This document shows, one piece after another, positions 46,836 to 56,427 of a stretch of 61,659 nucleotides of DNA. A program made the translations under genes and the position numbers. Position 1 is the stretch's first letter. Every line of letters starts with the position of its first letter. The notes under the pieces were generated by a model. It ran no database searches. It had not been told where the DNA came from and saw nothing but the letters and a program-made list of their open reading frames with translations. The DNA is from a virus (taxonomy: Duplodnaviria; Caudoviricetes), in the IMG/VR virus record IMGVR_UViG_3300042391_000275, positions 1-61,659 of that record, one strand, 5' to 3'.

Positions 46836-47058
46836 CTTCTTGCTCCTTGGTTTTGAAAACTCCGTCACGAACGAAAATATGCTCCATCAATTTTGCTGCT
46901 AGAACGAACTTGAAACTCGTCTCTTGGAGCGTACGCATCACGTCATGGTAAACGTCATGCTGAGTGATTTTAGTTAGGTCGATTTGAGAGAGGACTGCAT
47001 CAATCGCTTGTTGCGTCTCTTCTTCTCCAGCTTGTTTTGGTGTGTTTGTATCTGACAT
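46816..47058 (-). CDS. Hypothetical protein
   Basis: 80-aa ORF. Confidence 0.5.
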   Translation of the reverse strand: MSDTNTPKQAGEEETQQAIDAVLSQIDLTKITQHDVYHDVMRTLQETSFKFVLAAKLMEHIFVRDGVFKTKEQEDESRKD

Positions 47059-47062
47059 ATAT

Positions 47063-47308
47063 TTATTGGTTGAATGATTGTTTCTCACGCTCGATGAGCA
47101 TTGCGTCTGCGTCCACGAAAGCCAACTCTGCCACTATCTCTGGCAACTCACCAGAAAATTCTTCGCTTGCCCTGTAGCCTCTCAGTGCTGCCCCTGCGAA
47201 GTAATCTCGGATTCCCATTCCAGAGTTTGGCTTGACTGCACTAGTCTTTGCATCTCCACCGAAATGAGGCACTGGGAATGCAGGGTGGTTGTTGCGTTTA
47301 GTAGCCAT
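47063..47308 (-). CDS. Conserved phage protein (PAFP...GMxxRDYFA family)
   Basis: HPAFPVP...GMGIRDYFAGAAL...ADAML. Confidence 0.7.
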   Translation of the reverse strand: MATKRNNHPAFPVPHFGGDAKTSAVKPNSGMGIRDYFAGAALRGYRASEEFSGELPEIVAELAFVDADAMLIEREKQSFNQ

Positions 47309-47480
47309 GTAATTTAGCGATGAACTCGCGTTGAATTTTCCTGCGTTCTGGTGTGCGCGTCCAAAAGAACGCACAGGCTTGATCTACGACAATGGAAAGT
47401 CTGCGAATCCACGGATCATCGTGTTCTTCGATTCCGCACTGGTTCCTTCCAATCCCTTTAACGGGTTTTGTATTTTTCAT
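47298..47480 (-). CDS. Hypothetical protein
   Basis: 60-aa ORF. Confidence 0.45.
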   Translation of the reverse strand: MKNTKPVKGIGRNQCGIEEHDDPWIRRLSIVVDQACAFFWTRTPERRKIQREFIAKLHGY

Positions 47481-47500
47481 ATTTATTAATGGATAAAAGG

Positions 47501-47638
47501 CTATTTCTTTTTAGCCTTAGCTTTCTTTTGTACGGCATAGGCAATAGCTAATGCTTGCTTCTGCGGCTTGCCGTGTTTCATTTCAGTTTTGAGATTGCGT
47601 TCAAAGCAATTCTGTGAGGCACATTTTCGTAGTGGCAT
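47501..47638 (-). CDS. Small basic conserved phage protein (45 aa), not in ORF track
   Basis: MPLRKCAS...GKPQKQALAIAYAVQKKAK. Confidence 0.65.
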   Translation of the reverse strand: MPLRKCASQNCFERNLKTEMKHGKPQKQALAIAYAVQKKAKAKKK

Positions 47639-47642
47639 AGGT

Positions 47643-47843
47643 TTATTCTTCTCTGTCTAGTTCTGTGTCAAATTCAGCTAACTCATACATTTCATCCATG
47701 TCACCATTGGCATAGTCTTCTGTTAGCTGAGTGATTTTTTCTTCTGATACTTTTTTAGGGTTGTAAAACACATATTCATCTTGGACAGGAATCATCTCCC
47801 ATCCCTTTGGCCCCTCTTCTTTGTCAGTTACAAGTATATTCAT
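47643..47843 (-). CDS. Small acidic hypothetical protein
   Basis: ATGA-coupled to the end of the giant gene. Confidence 0.55.
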   Translation of the reverse strand: MNILVTDKEEGPKGWEMIPVQDEYVFYNPKKVSEEKITQLTEDYANGDMDEMYELAEFDTELDREE

Positions 47844-50800
47844 TTTTTAAGTATTAATGGTATTTTTGACTTTTTCATCGTCCCAACAATGGTTTCTTTG
47901 CTTCCTGTTCTTACTGTTTCCTTGGGATGACTGCTTGCATAGTCAGGGAACAACGTAACTGGATCTCTTGGTGTTTCAAGAATAAAATTATTTGCATCCT
48001 CTGGGCCAAGCATCATCCAATCATAAGAGGGATGTATTTTAAATTTAGGGTTTTTTATGAACTGGTCACGAAGATATCTTTCAGTGTCGCTCATCTTAGC
48101 TTCTTGCTTTGGATCATTTCCAGTGTAGATAGCGAAAGCATCCATGTCTTTCGACAATTGAACCGCTGCTACAATATCTAAGTTTTTGCCTTTATTGAAA
48201 TCCATTGACTCTAATAGACGTTGAGCAACTGAAGGAATAAATGGTATTCCATCAATCCTATCCATTGCGCTTCCACGTTGGTTAAATGTGAATTTAGACG
48301 CTTCCTCTGAGAATGTTTTGTCCTTATATTTATTAACGATTTTCTTATACCAATCTTGATCTTTATATTTACTAATATGAGCATCAAATGCCTTATCGAA
48401 ACCTTCAATATTACCTTTAGTAGCTTGTGACTTCATTGATCCCAATGCACCTAAGAAATCAACGCTAGGCTTATATTTCTCAATGTTTTTAGCTTCAAAT
48501 CTTTCAATCAAATTAAACTCTGATTGGGTTATTTCGTTGTCTTTTAATAAGCTTTGAGCTTTCTTATATCGCTTTAAATGCTTTGCTGGATTTTTTGCTC
48601 CTAATTCAAGTATGACGTGCAATGCATCTAGTCGTTCCTGTGGAATAGATGCAGACGTGGAATCAATTTCAGACATTACATCTTGAACAAACTTGCGATT
48701 GCTCTTATGCGCTTTTTCTTTCATCAATTGAATGAGTGCCATTCCAGATGTTGTATTCTTAATGATATTCTTTGCCCTTGTAACAAAAGCAGCAGTCATA
48801 TTTGCCCAAACAGGCTTAAATCCTCTTCCATCTGGTAATTTAGCTATTGCCTGATTCGATTTGAGCCAAGGATGCAATGGCCCACCCATGTTAGACCCCC
48901 TTGTGTTGTGCCTATCAGCCTCTAGCATTGCAACTTGTTCTCCAGATATTGAAGATATATCAGAAACTTTAGGAAGAACTGTTGTTTTAGGATCAACTTC
49001 GTATTCAATAACACGATTATCTTCAGTTGGTTTTGTTGCTATTTTAAAGTATCCTCTATCTGGAAATTTAGATGGTAATTTTCCACCAATAGAATGAGTG
49101 AAATCAGGTTCTATATCTCTTTCAGGTTCTTTTTTAGCTGTCTTAGGTTTTTTAGCACCCTCCGCTGGCATGAACTGCAAGCCAGTTGCTCTAGGCAACT
49201 CACCCTGAACTGGCTTATCGTTCTTATCGAGGATAGTGATTAAATTCTCGTCGAAAATAACGTAGTTGTGAGTTGGTGATGTCTCCGCACTTTTAATTTG
49301 TTTTTCAAGAGCAGCGAGTTCTTGTTCGCTTGCAGTTAGCCAGTCTTTAAATTGCTTCCGCATTTCCCAATCTTTTGGGTTGTTTTCAAGTGTTTTTCGT
49401 AATTGCGCCCCTTCTTTAAGAAGTTCGTCTCGTCGATTGATGTCAGAGGCACTTGTTCTGCTCATGCCATCGAGGTAGCGGATGCCGGGGATGCCTATGG
49501 AATTTAAATATTCTGAGGCTTGTTTTTCTCCGCCATATTCATCAACCAAATTTTTATACAAATCTTGTCCATTCCATTCTCTATTTAAATCTCCAAGAAT
49601 TTTAGATTCACTTAAAACATTTTCGCGGATTTTTTCACTCTGTTTATTTAAAGGCTTATCCCAATCAAGCAAGTCTTCGTCTTTTACGTCGAGGTCAACT
49701 TTGTAGAGGTTGCCCCCTTTACCTTCGCTTTTTGCCCGTGACGATACTTCGTTCCAAAGATTTGACCTCTGAGACCCGTCTGGATATGGATTTTGTGCAT
49801 TAGGTTGTCTTAACCATCTTTCAATAAGTCCTTGGGAATTAATTACTCCGTCTAAATATCCCGGATATTTTGGGCCAAATGTTACATATAATGTTTCTGG
49901 TGCTACTTTTCTTCCATCAAGGGTTGCTTTATATTCAGATAAATTTTCTTTATATTTTTCCCCTACACTTCTTGCCTGTCCAAAGTAAAGCCCCCAGCCA
50001 TAAGCCTGCGCTCCTTCGCCAGTGCCAATTTTTTCCAACTTGAACTTATCCACTTCATGCGGAGTTCCGTGCCAAGCTGGAAGGAAGTTGATCAACCCTG
50101 CGGAGGATACCAATGCATTTGAGAATGGCTTGATAACTGCGTCTGGAGCAGGTTTTGCGCTGGTAATTATGTCAGAAGATTGTATACCTTTTTCAGAGAT
50201 ATCAGGTTTCAACTCCATATCAGGCAACATAGCCTTGCCCCTCACAGGAGGCTCAATTTCACCGAGTGAGAGTGCCTTCGCTCCAACCATCTTGGTTGGT
50301 GCGGAAATGCCTTGTAGGGGGCGTATACGCGCAGAGATCGGTTCGTATTCGGTGGGTTGCTCCGCTGGCATGAATTGCAACTGACCACCACGGACTTTAC
50401 CTGCCATTTCGGGAGTGATGTCTACTCTCCAGATGGGTACAGTATTTCCTACAACCTTACCAGTTGCTTCAAGTTCAGCTAATTCTTGAGGAGTCGCATC
50501 AGACAAGTCTCCCATGTCTAAATCATCTTCAGTAATCTCTTGTCCAATTTCACTTTTCTCAACCTTTCCCCCCATCTTTGCAACATACTTGCCAACCTCT
50601 TTAGGCAAGATTTGATCGTAGAATCCCTTCATCCCTTCACCACCCACTGTGAGGTCATCACCAGTTGCAGTTCCAGAGTTTTCAGCAAGGATCTTCGATG
50701 CCACTTCTTTTCCTAGCACCTCGCTCAATTGTTTTCCATTGGCATCAGCAGTATCAGAATCGTAAACGGATCCATCATCGTTTATTTTACCTGCTAGTAC

Positions 50801-53800
50801 TGTGTTCCCGTTTTTGATAGCAGCAAACGCTTTTTGATAACCCTTGGGAGTATTCCAAGTGATCTCATCGACTGCCTGACGCATTGCTTGTTCGTATCGT
50901 TTTACCTGCTCGATGCCAGTAGTCCAGCCAATCCATTTCTTGTCTGCATCAACGGCATCACGCAATGCGCGTTTGAAGAGTTGGATCGACCAGTCTTTGC
51001 GGAATGGTGCGTCTGGGATTCCTCCAACATTATCAGATGCAATTAAAACATTATCATTAAGACGATTAAATTCAGATGAATGCTCATCACTCCACTTTGA
51101 TCTATATGCATCATGCTTATATTCAGAATCCGTAGCAAGCGGAGGAGTCCCATAGGTTGGTTTAATTACATTATCAACAAAATTTCTTTTTGCTTCTTTT
51201 GCAACTTCAAGTTTTTGTTCTGCCTCTTTATCTTTATACCCCTTCTCCCTTCCTGCCTGATGCCTGTCAGACTGAAACTCCTCTACAAACAACCCATCGT
51301 TACCCTGCGCGTCTGTGCGCTCGTTGAGACGCATATGCGCTACATAGTTGGGTGTTTCGGGGAAGTGGGAGGAGGTATATTGGTTTTTATAAAGACCAGA
51401 CTTTTCAAGTTGCTTATATTCAGCAAATTGTTCATCTGTCATGTATGTTGCTCCAATTTTATTTAATTCGTTATATCTTACTAATTTTGGATCAGGCATC
51501 GTCATCACCACCTCTCGGTAGTTTGTGCCACCGGGGAGTTGTAACCCTGCAAATCTTGGAGGATTAGCTAAACCCTGACCTTGCAAATCCAGCTTCTCTG
51601 CCCGTGTATTCAAAAACTCGTTTTCTCTGAAATACTTTTCAGCGGTCTTTTTGTCCCCACGTCTTTGAGCTTGTTGAGCCAACTTCATCACTCTCTCTGC
51701 TTCATTGTATAGAGTGTCAGTTGTGCTTTGATCCCTGATATTCATTAATTTGATCAACTCATCGTACTTATCCTCTCCGAATGATGGGTCATCAATCGGA
51801 TGATCTTTGAGGTTTCTGTATTCAGCCTCAAGTTGATTTAACCTATTCTGATCAAATGCTTCCTTTCCACCAAGGGTCACCTCTTCAAACTTAACAGCAC
51901 CTTCATTGCGAAGATACTCCATGACCTTGTCTTTCGGAACCTTGCCTTGGTTCTCCGTTGCAAGACGATCAATCTCACCTAGCACTCCAGACCACTTCAG
52001 TTCCTCTTCTTTAATTTTGTTTGAACTTTGCCAAGCAACCATGCCTTTATTTTTATTAGCAATAGCACCTTGAGCTTTTTCTTTGAGATCAACTGGGAAT
52101 TTTCCAACTACAATGGTTTTTTCTTTTCCGTCTGGTTGTTCTTCAATATATGTTGCAATGTATTCACCAAAAGTTGCCTTGAGTTGTTCTGGTGACGCAA
52201 ATTTACCCGTGACTTTCTCGTCGATGGTCTTTTGTAGACCTGAGTACATTCCGCGTTCAGAGGTTGGATAGCGTTCCGTTTCCGCTGGCATGAACTGCGT
52301 TGCCGATGCTGATACCTCTGGTTCGCTTTCCATTGGATCTTCTGGCATGAATTCATTGTCGAACATAGAAACAATTCGGATGTTTCCATTCTCCTCATCA
52401 AGTGATTCCGCTGGTTTCAAATCATCAGTCTTACGCAACTTGGATTCAACCTGATCAAGATTACCAGTATTAATTGCGCCTTTAATCTCTTCAGCGGTTA
52501 CGGATGGTATATCACTTGCAAAATCTTCTGGCGTTTGGAACCCTGCTAATGGATTCTCCGCTGGCATATAGTTTCTTGTATTCAACTCATAGTTGAATGG
52601 TAGTTTTTGCTCCTCAGATTCCATGTATTGACCAATGCGATCCATTCGTCTTGAACGAACTATAATATCAAGCGGGTCTTTTCCTTTTTGCCTTGGTAAT
52701 CTTGTTCTCCGTGGATTTGCAGCTTTAGTTTCTGCATTATAAACATTAAACAAATCATTAATGGCATTCTTCTTTTCAATAGCTATTGCCGCATCATCGT
52801 CTAGCTGATATTCACCACGCTCACCAGATGCATGGTTAGCTAAAACCTTTGTTAAATCATCCCAAAAACTTGATGTATCTCCATTCCACAATTTTAAATT
52901 CTCTGGGTTTTTAGCAACCCATGCATTTAACTTTTCCATCATTCTAGTAACGGAAATAGTTGTTTTGAAGAAATTAAACTTTTTAGAAAAATGAAATCCA
53001 ATTGGAATTTCATCTCTGATCTGCATGGATATGGAGTTTGGTTTTCCACCCTTTGTTGTTGGAAAATATTCAAATCTAATTCTTGTTCCATCTCTCCTCC
53101 GCAGAATTTCATTAACAAATAATATTTCTCGCTTTAATTCAGGAGAAACAATTGTATTTGGCAACGCAAGAATAGCATTAACTTGAGCTTCACTCATCGT
53201 TCCTCGATAGTGTCCATTGCCCATGTCTTCCATCTGCAATGCACCTTTTTGCATCGCGGAATCAAGTGCGTCTTTAATTGTTTTTCCTCGTTCTCTAGAT
53301 ATTTGTTCAGCTTTTCGTAGTGTTAATGCTTTTGGAACACCATCTGAGTCCCTTGAAATAACAGATTGGATCTCAACTTGAGTTCCATTTGGAACAGTTC
53401 CGAATGTAATTGGCCCCAAGTTAATTGGAGATCCTGATTCATCAACCAATTGACCTTCTTGAATGTTGTATTTACCTACAAATGAATCCACCCCAGTATC
53501 AGGAGGGATTGGTATTTCTTGTTTGCTGCCATCAGGTGCAGTCATTACTGCCACCTGTTCTTTCTGAAACAAATCAATGTCTTTTGTTTTTTCCTGCAAT
53601 GACCTGTCTGCCATTATTCTTTCAATAGGAACATCAACCTCTTCTTTTCTAGTCCCTGTCTCATAGACCATGCTTTGGTTTAAATTGTTTAGTTGACGTT
53701 TGTATTGCCGAATCATTGCAAGCGATTCTGGGGTCAATTCTGCTCCAAGAATCGTTGATACAGTTCCGTTGTCATCAAATATTATTCCACTTTTACGCAG

Positions 53801-56425
53801 GGTTTCTTTGATTTTCTTTAAAGCACCATTCTGAGTTTTGACTTCTAACCAATCAACAGCCTGTCTACCAATTGAATCTAATGCTGCGCGGGTTCCAGCA
53901 TTTACGTTTCCAGATCTTCCAGAAATTTCTGACAATACTTCTTCTTTAATGTATGCGCGTAACTTTTCTTTATCGTCACCAAATTGTTTTTTGAAAGAAT
54001 TTCCACCATCAGATGGTGACATTGCAGCGGCATAAACATCTGCATAAGAATCCAACTTATCGTCAGAATATATTCCGCTTGTGATTTTTTTAACAGTCCC
54101 ATCTGGTTCAATAGTTTTTTGGTCAAAGAGGTCTTTGCGGATTGGAGCAAGCATATCACGAACCTCAGTAAATCGTCCAAGTGCGTGTTGCATCTCATGT
54201 CCAACCACATTTCGGATATTGAACCCTTCGTCGGACAACTGTTTAACAAGATCACCATTAATGACAATCGTTGCTCCTTGCAAGTTTTGCTTACGCATGA
54301 ATTCTGGAAGAGGATTACCATCAGAATCACTTCCTTCAGAAACCGCAAATCCACGGGTGGATTGAGATCCAGCAACTTCTCTAAAAAACCCATCTACAAC
54401 TGTTCTTGCGTTTTTAAGACTTTGTGTTTCCTCTGGTGTTAAATCTGGTTTTCCAGTTAGACTTGCAACTACACTTTCAGCATCAGTCAATGTTGTTCCG
54501 TATGAATTACGATAAAATCCTTCCATTTCGGATGGATCAAGGATCTTAACTTGAATATTATTTAGACCAGCGGCTTTTCCAGTTGTCTTAGCAAGATCCA
54601 TTTCATCAGCAAAAGCTAGATGTATTTGACGTAAGATTTCCTTTTGTGTTTGTGGCGTGGCTTTATCTAGTTTTTCAATGTTTTTCTTTTGTCTGTTAAT
54701 CTCTTCTTTGATTAACTGAACTTCAGGCCCAAAAGTAAGATTTTTTTGTTTTTCAAGAGCATCAACCTTTGATTGAATTGCTTTCTTGCGTTCATCAATG
54801 CTTCCTAGCTTTTCCATTTTAGGAACCAAATCTGGATCCACGGAAGATAGAAATCGCTTAATGTCAGCATCCTCGTCTGCTCTCCTAGAACTAGGGTCTG
54901 GAGTGATGATCGTATCAATCTTCTGTGCAAGACTTGTTCTTGGGTCAATAATAGCACCTGCTCGATCCATTATCCGCGAACCACCAAATGCTCCCATTCC
55001 AAAACCAGATCCCGCAACTTCAAATCCTTGTTCAATTGATTCAATGTCTGGAAGACCAAGGATTGTGTTTAATACAGCACCATTCACGCCCTGTTGAGTG
55101 ATGGCATTACCCTGTCTAATCATCCAGTCTGCTGCCCTTGCTCTACCAAGACCACCTCTTGACTCTACGCTAAATAATCTTTTTGTTAATGCGCCTACAT
55201 TTGGTTTTGCTGCACCTCGTTCAACCAACCCCCTGCGTCCAGCAGCACCTCCAACGTCAACTGCTGATGCAATGTCTTTGAAAGTTCTGGCAATCTCTTT
55301 TGTTGCGATTGTTGCTGGTTTTGCCGCTAAAACCATTCCAGTAATTTCAGGTGCTTGTATAAGTCCAGCTATTGATCCACCTCTTATCAGGGTGTCTGGA
55401 TCACCAGTAACATATTCACCAAGTTTCTTTGCTCCAGTTTGAACCCCAGTAATTCCTTTTTCAATAAACTCTGCTGATTTTTCAACTCCAGTGGCAACTG
55501 GTTTTACAACTCCTTTTAAAGCCAATTCTCCACCTTTTTGAACAGTTTTACCTGTGTATTTTCCAATTGTCTTGGTGGCAATGTTAGCACCGGGTATCGA
55601 TATAGGTGACATCCATTCACCAATTGCAGAAATGTACGGATTTAATTCTTCTTTAGAAAGTCCAGATTCTAAAACCAATTCAGAATATGCTTTTTCTGCT
55701 TCTTTAGCTTCTTCTTCAGTTGCTCCTTGGCTTTTCGCATAAACTGAAGCTGCTTTTTTAAGGATGGAGTTTTCAGCAAGTAATGCTGCTGCACGATCTG
55801 GAGTTCCTTCTCTCCATGCTTGCTCAATTCCACGCATATCTTCACGCAGGCGATATCTATTAAATCTTTCGTCAGCAGATAATCCTTGGAGTTTATCAGT
55901 AAATGAAGTTCCAAAATTATATGCTCTAACTCCCGCATTTGAAGTTTCTTCAATGTCACTTGCAACTCCAGATACAAAAGAACGTCCAGCGATTTCTGCA
56001 TCTCTTGCTGCAATATTTGTTTCTTTTGGAGTAGCTAATCCTAAATGGTATTTTGCTCCAACATAAACAGGCTTAACAGCACCTTCCTTTGCTAACTCAT
56101 ATGCTCCCCTTGAAAGTTCTCCAACCTTAACTGCTGCTGCTGGAATAAACTTTTCAAGACCAATTGCAGTTTGCTCGAGTAATGGAACCTTATCTTTTTC
56201 ATTAAAGATCATCCTCTCTTGAGTTTCAGAAAGACGTTGCCCTTCTGCCTTTAATTTTTCAAGTTTAGCAACATCAAACTCTTTTTGAGTGCTTTCTTCC
56301 TTTTGCTTCTTAAACTCATCATCTGCAATATCAAGAATTGATCCTTGTTCTTGTTTTATTTCAGGTTTATTTATTTGTGCAAACTCCTCATCTGCAACAT
56401 CAAGAAGACTAGGTTCGTTTTCCAT
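47840..56425 (-). CDS. Large polyvalent/internal virion protein (2861 aa) with zincin peptidase and ADP-ribosyltransferase-like domains
   Basis: GHEMQH (HExxH), AWHGT..GEGAQAYGWGLYF..NYVIFD (ART-like), and a NYREV..SHF..EEFQSD domain. Last gene of the ejection module. Confidence 0.75.
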   Translation of the reverse strand: MENEPSLLDVADEEFAQINKPEIKQEQGSILDIADDEFKKQKEESTQKEFDVAKLEKLKAEGQRLSETQERMIFNEKDKVPLLEQTAIGLEKFIPAAAVKVGELSRGAYELAKEGAVKPVYVGAKYHLGLATPKETNIAARDAEIAGRSFVSGVASDIEETSNAGVRAYNFGTSFTDKLQGLSADERFNRYRLREDMRGIEQAWREGTPDRAAALLAENSILKKAASVYAKSQGATEEEAKEAEKAYSELVLESGLSKEELNPYISAIGEWMSPISIPGANIATKTIGKYTGKTVQKGGELALKGVVKPVATGVEKSAEFIEKGITGVQTGAKKLGEYVTGDPDTLIRGGSIAGLIQAPEITGMVLAAKPATIATKEIARTFKDIASAVDVGGAAGRRGLVERGAAKPNVGALTKRLFSVESRGGLGRARAADWMIRQGNAITQQGVNGAVLNTILGLPDIESIEQGFEVAGSGFGMGAFGGSRIMDRAGAIIDPRTSLAQKIDTIITPDPSSRRADEDADIKRFLSSVDPDLVPKMEKLGSIDERKKAIQSKVDALEKQKNLTFGPEVQLIKEEINRQKKNIEKLDKATPQTQKEILRQIHLAFADEMDLAKTTGKAAGLNNIQVKILDPSEMEGFYRNSYGTTLTDAESVVASLTGKPDLTPEETQSLKNARTVVDGFFREVAGSQSTRGFAVSEGSDSDGNPLPEFMRKQNLQGATIVINGDLVKQLSDEGFNIRNVVGHEMQHALGRFTEVRDMLAPIRKDLFDQKTIEPDGTVKKITSGIYSDDKLDSYADVYAAAMSPSDGGNSFKKQFGDDKEKLRAYIKEEVLSEISGRSGNVNAGTRAALDSIGRQAVDWLEVKTQNGALKKIKETLRKSGIIFDDNGTVSTILGAELTPESLAMIRQYKRQLNNLNQSMVYETGTRKEEVDVPIERIMADRSLQEKTKDIDLFQKEQVAVMTAPDGSKQEIPIPPDTGVDSFVGKYNIQEGQLVDESGSPINLGPITFGTVPNGTQVEIQSVISRDSDGVPKALTLRKAEQISRERGKTIKDALDSAMQKGALQMEDMGNGHYRGTMSEAQVNAILALPNTIVSPELKREILFVNEILRRRDGTRIRFEYFPTTKGGKPNSISMQIRDEIPIGFHFSKKFNFFKTTISVTRMMEKLNAWVAKNPENLKLWNGDTSSFWDDLTKVLANHASGERGEYQLDDDAAIAIEKKNAINDLFNVYNAETKAANPRRTRLPRQKGKDPLDIIVRSRRMDRIGQYMESEEQKLPFNYELNTRNYMPAENPLAGFQTPEDFASDIPSVTAEEIKGAINTGNLDQVESKLRKTDDLKPAESLDEENGNIRIVSMFDNEFMPEDPMESEPEVSASATQFMPAETERYPTSERGMYSGLQKTIDEKVTGKFASPEQLKATFGEYIATYIEEQPDGKEKTIVVGKFPVDLKEKAQGAIANKNKGMVAWQSSNKIKEEELKWSGVLGEIDRLATENQGKVPKDKVMEYLRNEGAVKFEEVTLGGKEAFDQNRLNQLEAEYRNLKDHPIDDPSFGEDKYDELIKLMNIRDQSTTDTLYNEAERVMKLAQQAQRRGDKKTAEKYFRENEFLNTRAEKLDLQGQGLANPPRFAGLQLPGGTNYREVVMTMPDPKLVRYNELNKIGATYMTDEQFAEYKQLEKSGLYKNQYTSSHFPETPNYVAHMRLNERTDAQGNDGLFVEEFQSDRHQAGREKGYKDKEAEQKLEVAKEAKRNFVDNVIKPTYGTPPLATDSEYKHDAYRSKWSDEHSSEFNRLNDNVLIASDNVGGIPDAPFRKDWSIQLFKRALRDAVDADKKWIGWTTGIEQVKRYEQAMRQAVDEITWNTPKGYQKAFAAIKNGNTVLAGKINDDGSVYDSDTADANGKQLSEVLGKEVASKILAENSGTATGDDLTVGGEGMKGFYDQILPKEVGKYVAKMGGKVEKSEIGQEITEDDLDMGDLSDATPQELAELEATGKVVGNTVPIWRVDITPEMAGKVRGGQLQFMPAEQPTEYEPISARIRPLQGISAPTKMVGAKALSLGEIEPPVRGKAMLPDMELKPDISEKGIQSSDIITSAKPAPDAVIKPFSNALVSSAGLINFLPAWHGTPHEVDKFKLEKIGTGEGAQAYGWGLYFGQARSVGEKYKENLSEYKATLDGRKVAPETLYVTFGPKYPGYLDGVINSQGLIERWLRQPNAQNPYPDGSQRSNLWNEVSSRAKSEGKGGNLYKVDLDVKDEDLLDWDKPLNKQSEKIRENVLSESKILGDLNREWNGQDLYKNLVDEYGGEKQASEYLNSIGIPGIRYLDGMSRTSASDINRRDELLKEGAQLRKTLENNPKDWEMRKQFKDWLTASEQELAALEKQIKSAETSPTHNYVIFDENLITILDKNDKPVQGELPRATGLQFMPAEGAKKPKTAKKEPERDIEPDFTHSIGGKLPSKFPDRGYFKIATKPTEDNRVIEYEVDPKTTVLPKVSDISSISGEQVAMLEADRHNTRGSNMGGPLHPWLKSNQAIAKLPDGRGFKPVWANMTAAFVTRAKNIIKNTTSGMALIQLMKEKAHKSNRKFVQDVMSEIDSTSASIPQERLDALHVILELGAKNPAKHLKRYKKAQSLLKDNEITQSEFNLIERFEAKNIEKYKPSVDFLGALGSMKSQATKGNIEGFDKAFDAHISKYKDQDWYKKIVNKYKDKTFSEEASKFTFNQRGSAMDRIDGIPFIPSVAQRLLESMDFNKGKNLDIVAAVQLSKDMDAFAIYTGNDPKQEAKMSDTERYLRDQFIKNPKFKIHPSYDWMMLGPEDANNFILETPRDPVTLFPDYASSHPKETVRTGSKETIVGTMKKSKIPLILKK

Positions 56426-56427
56426 TT

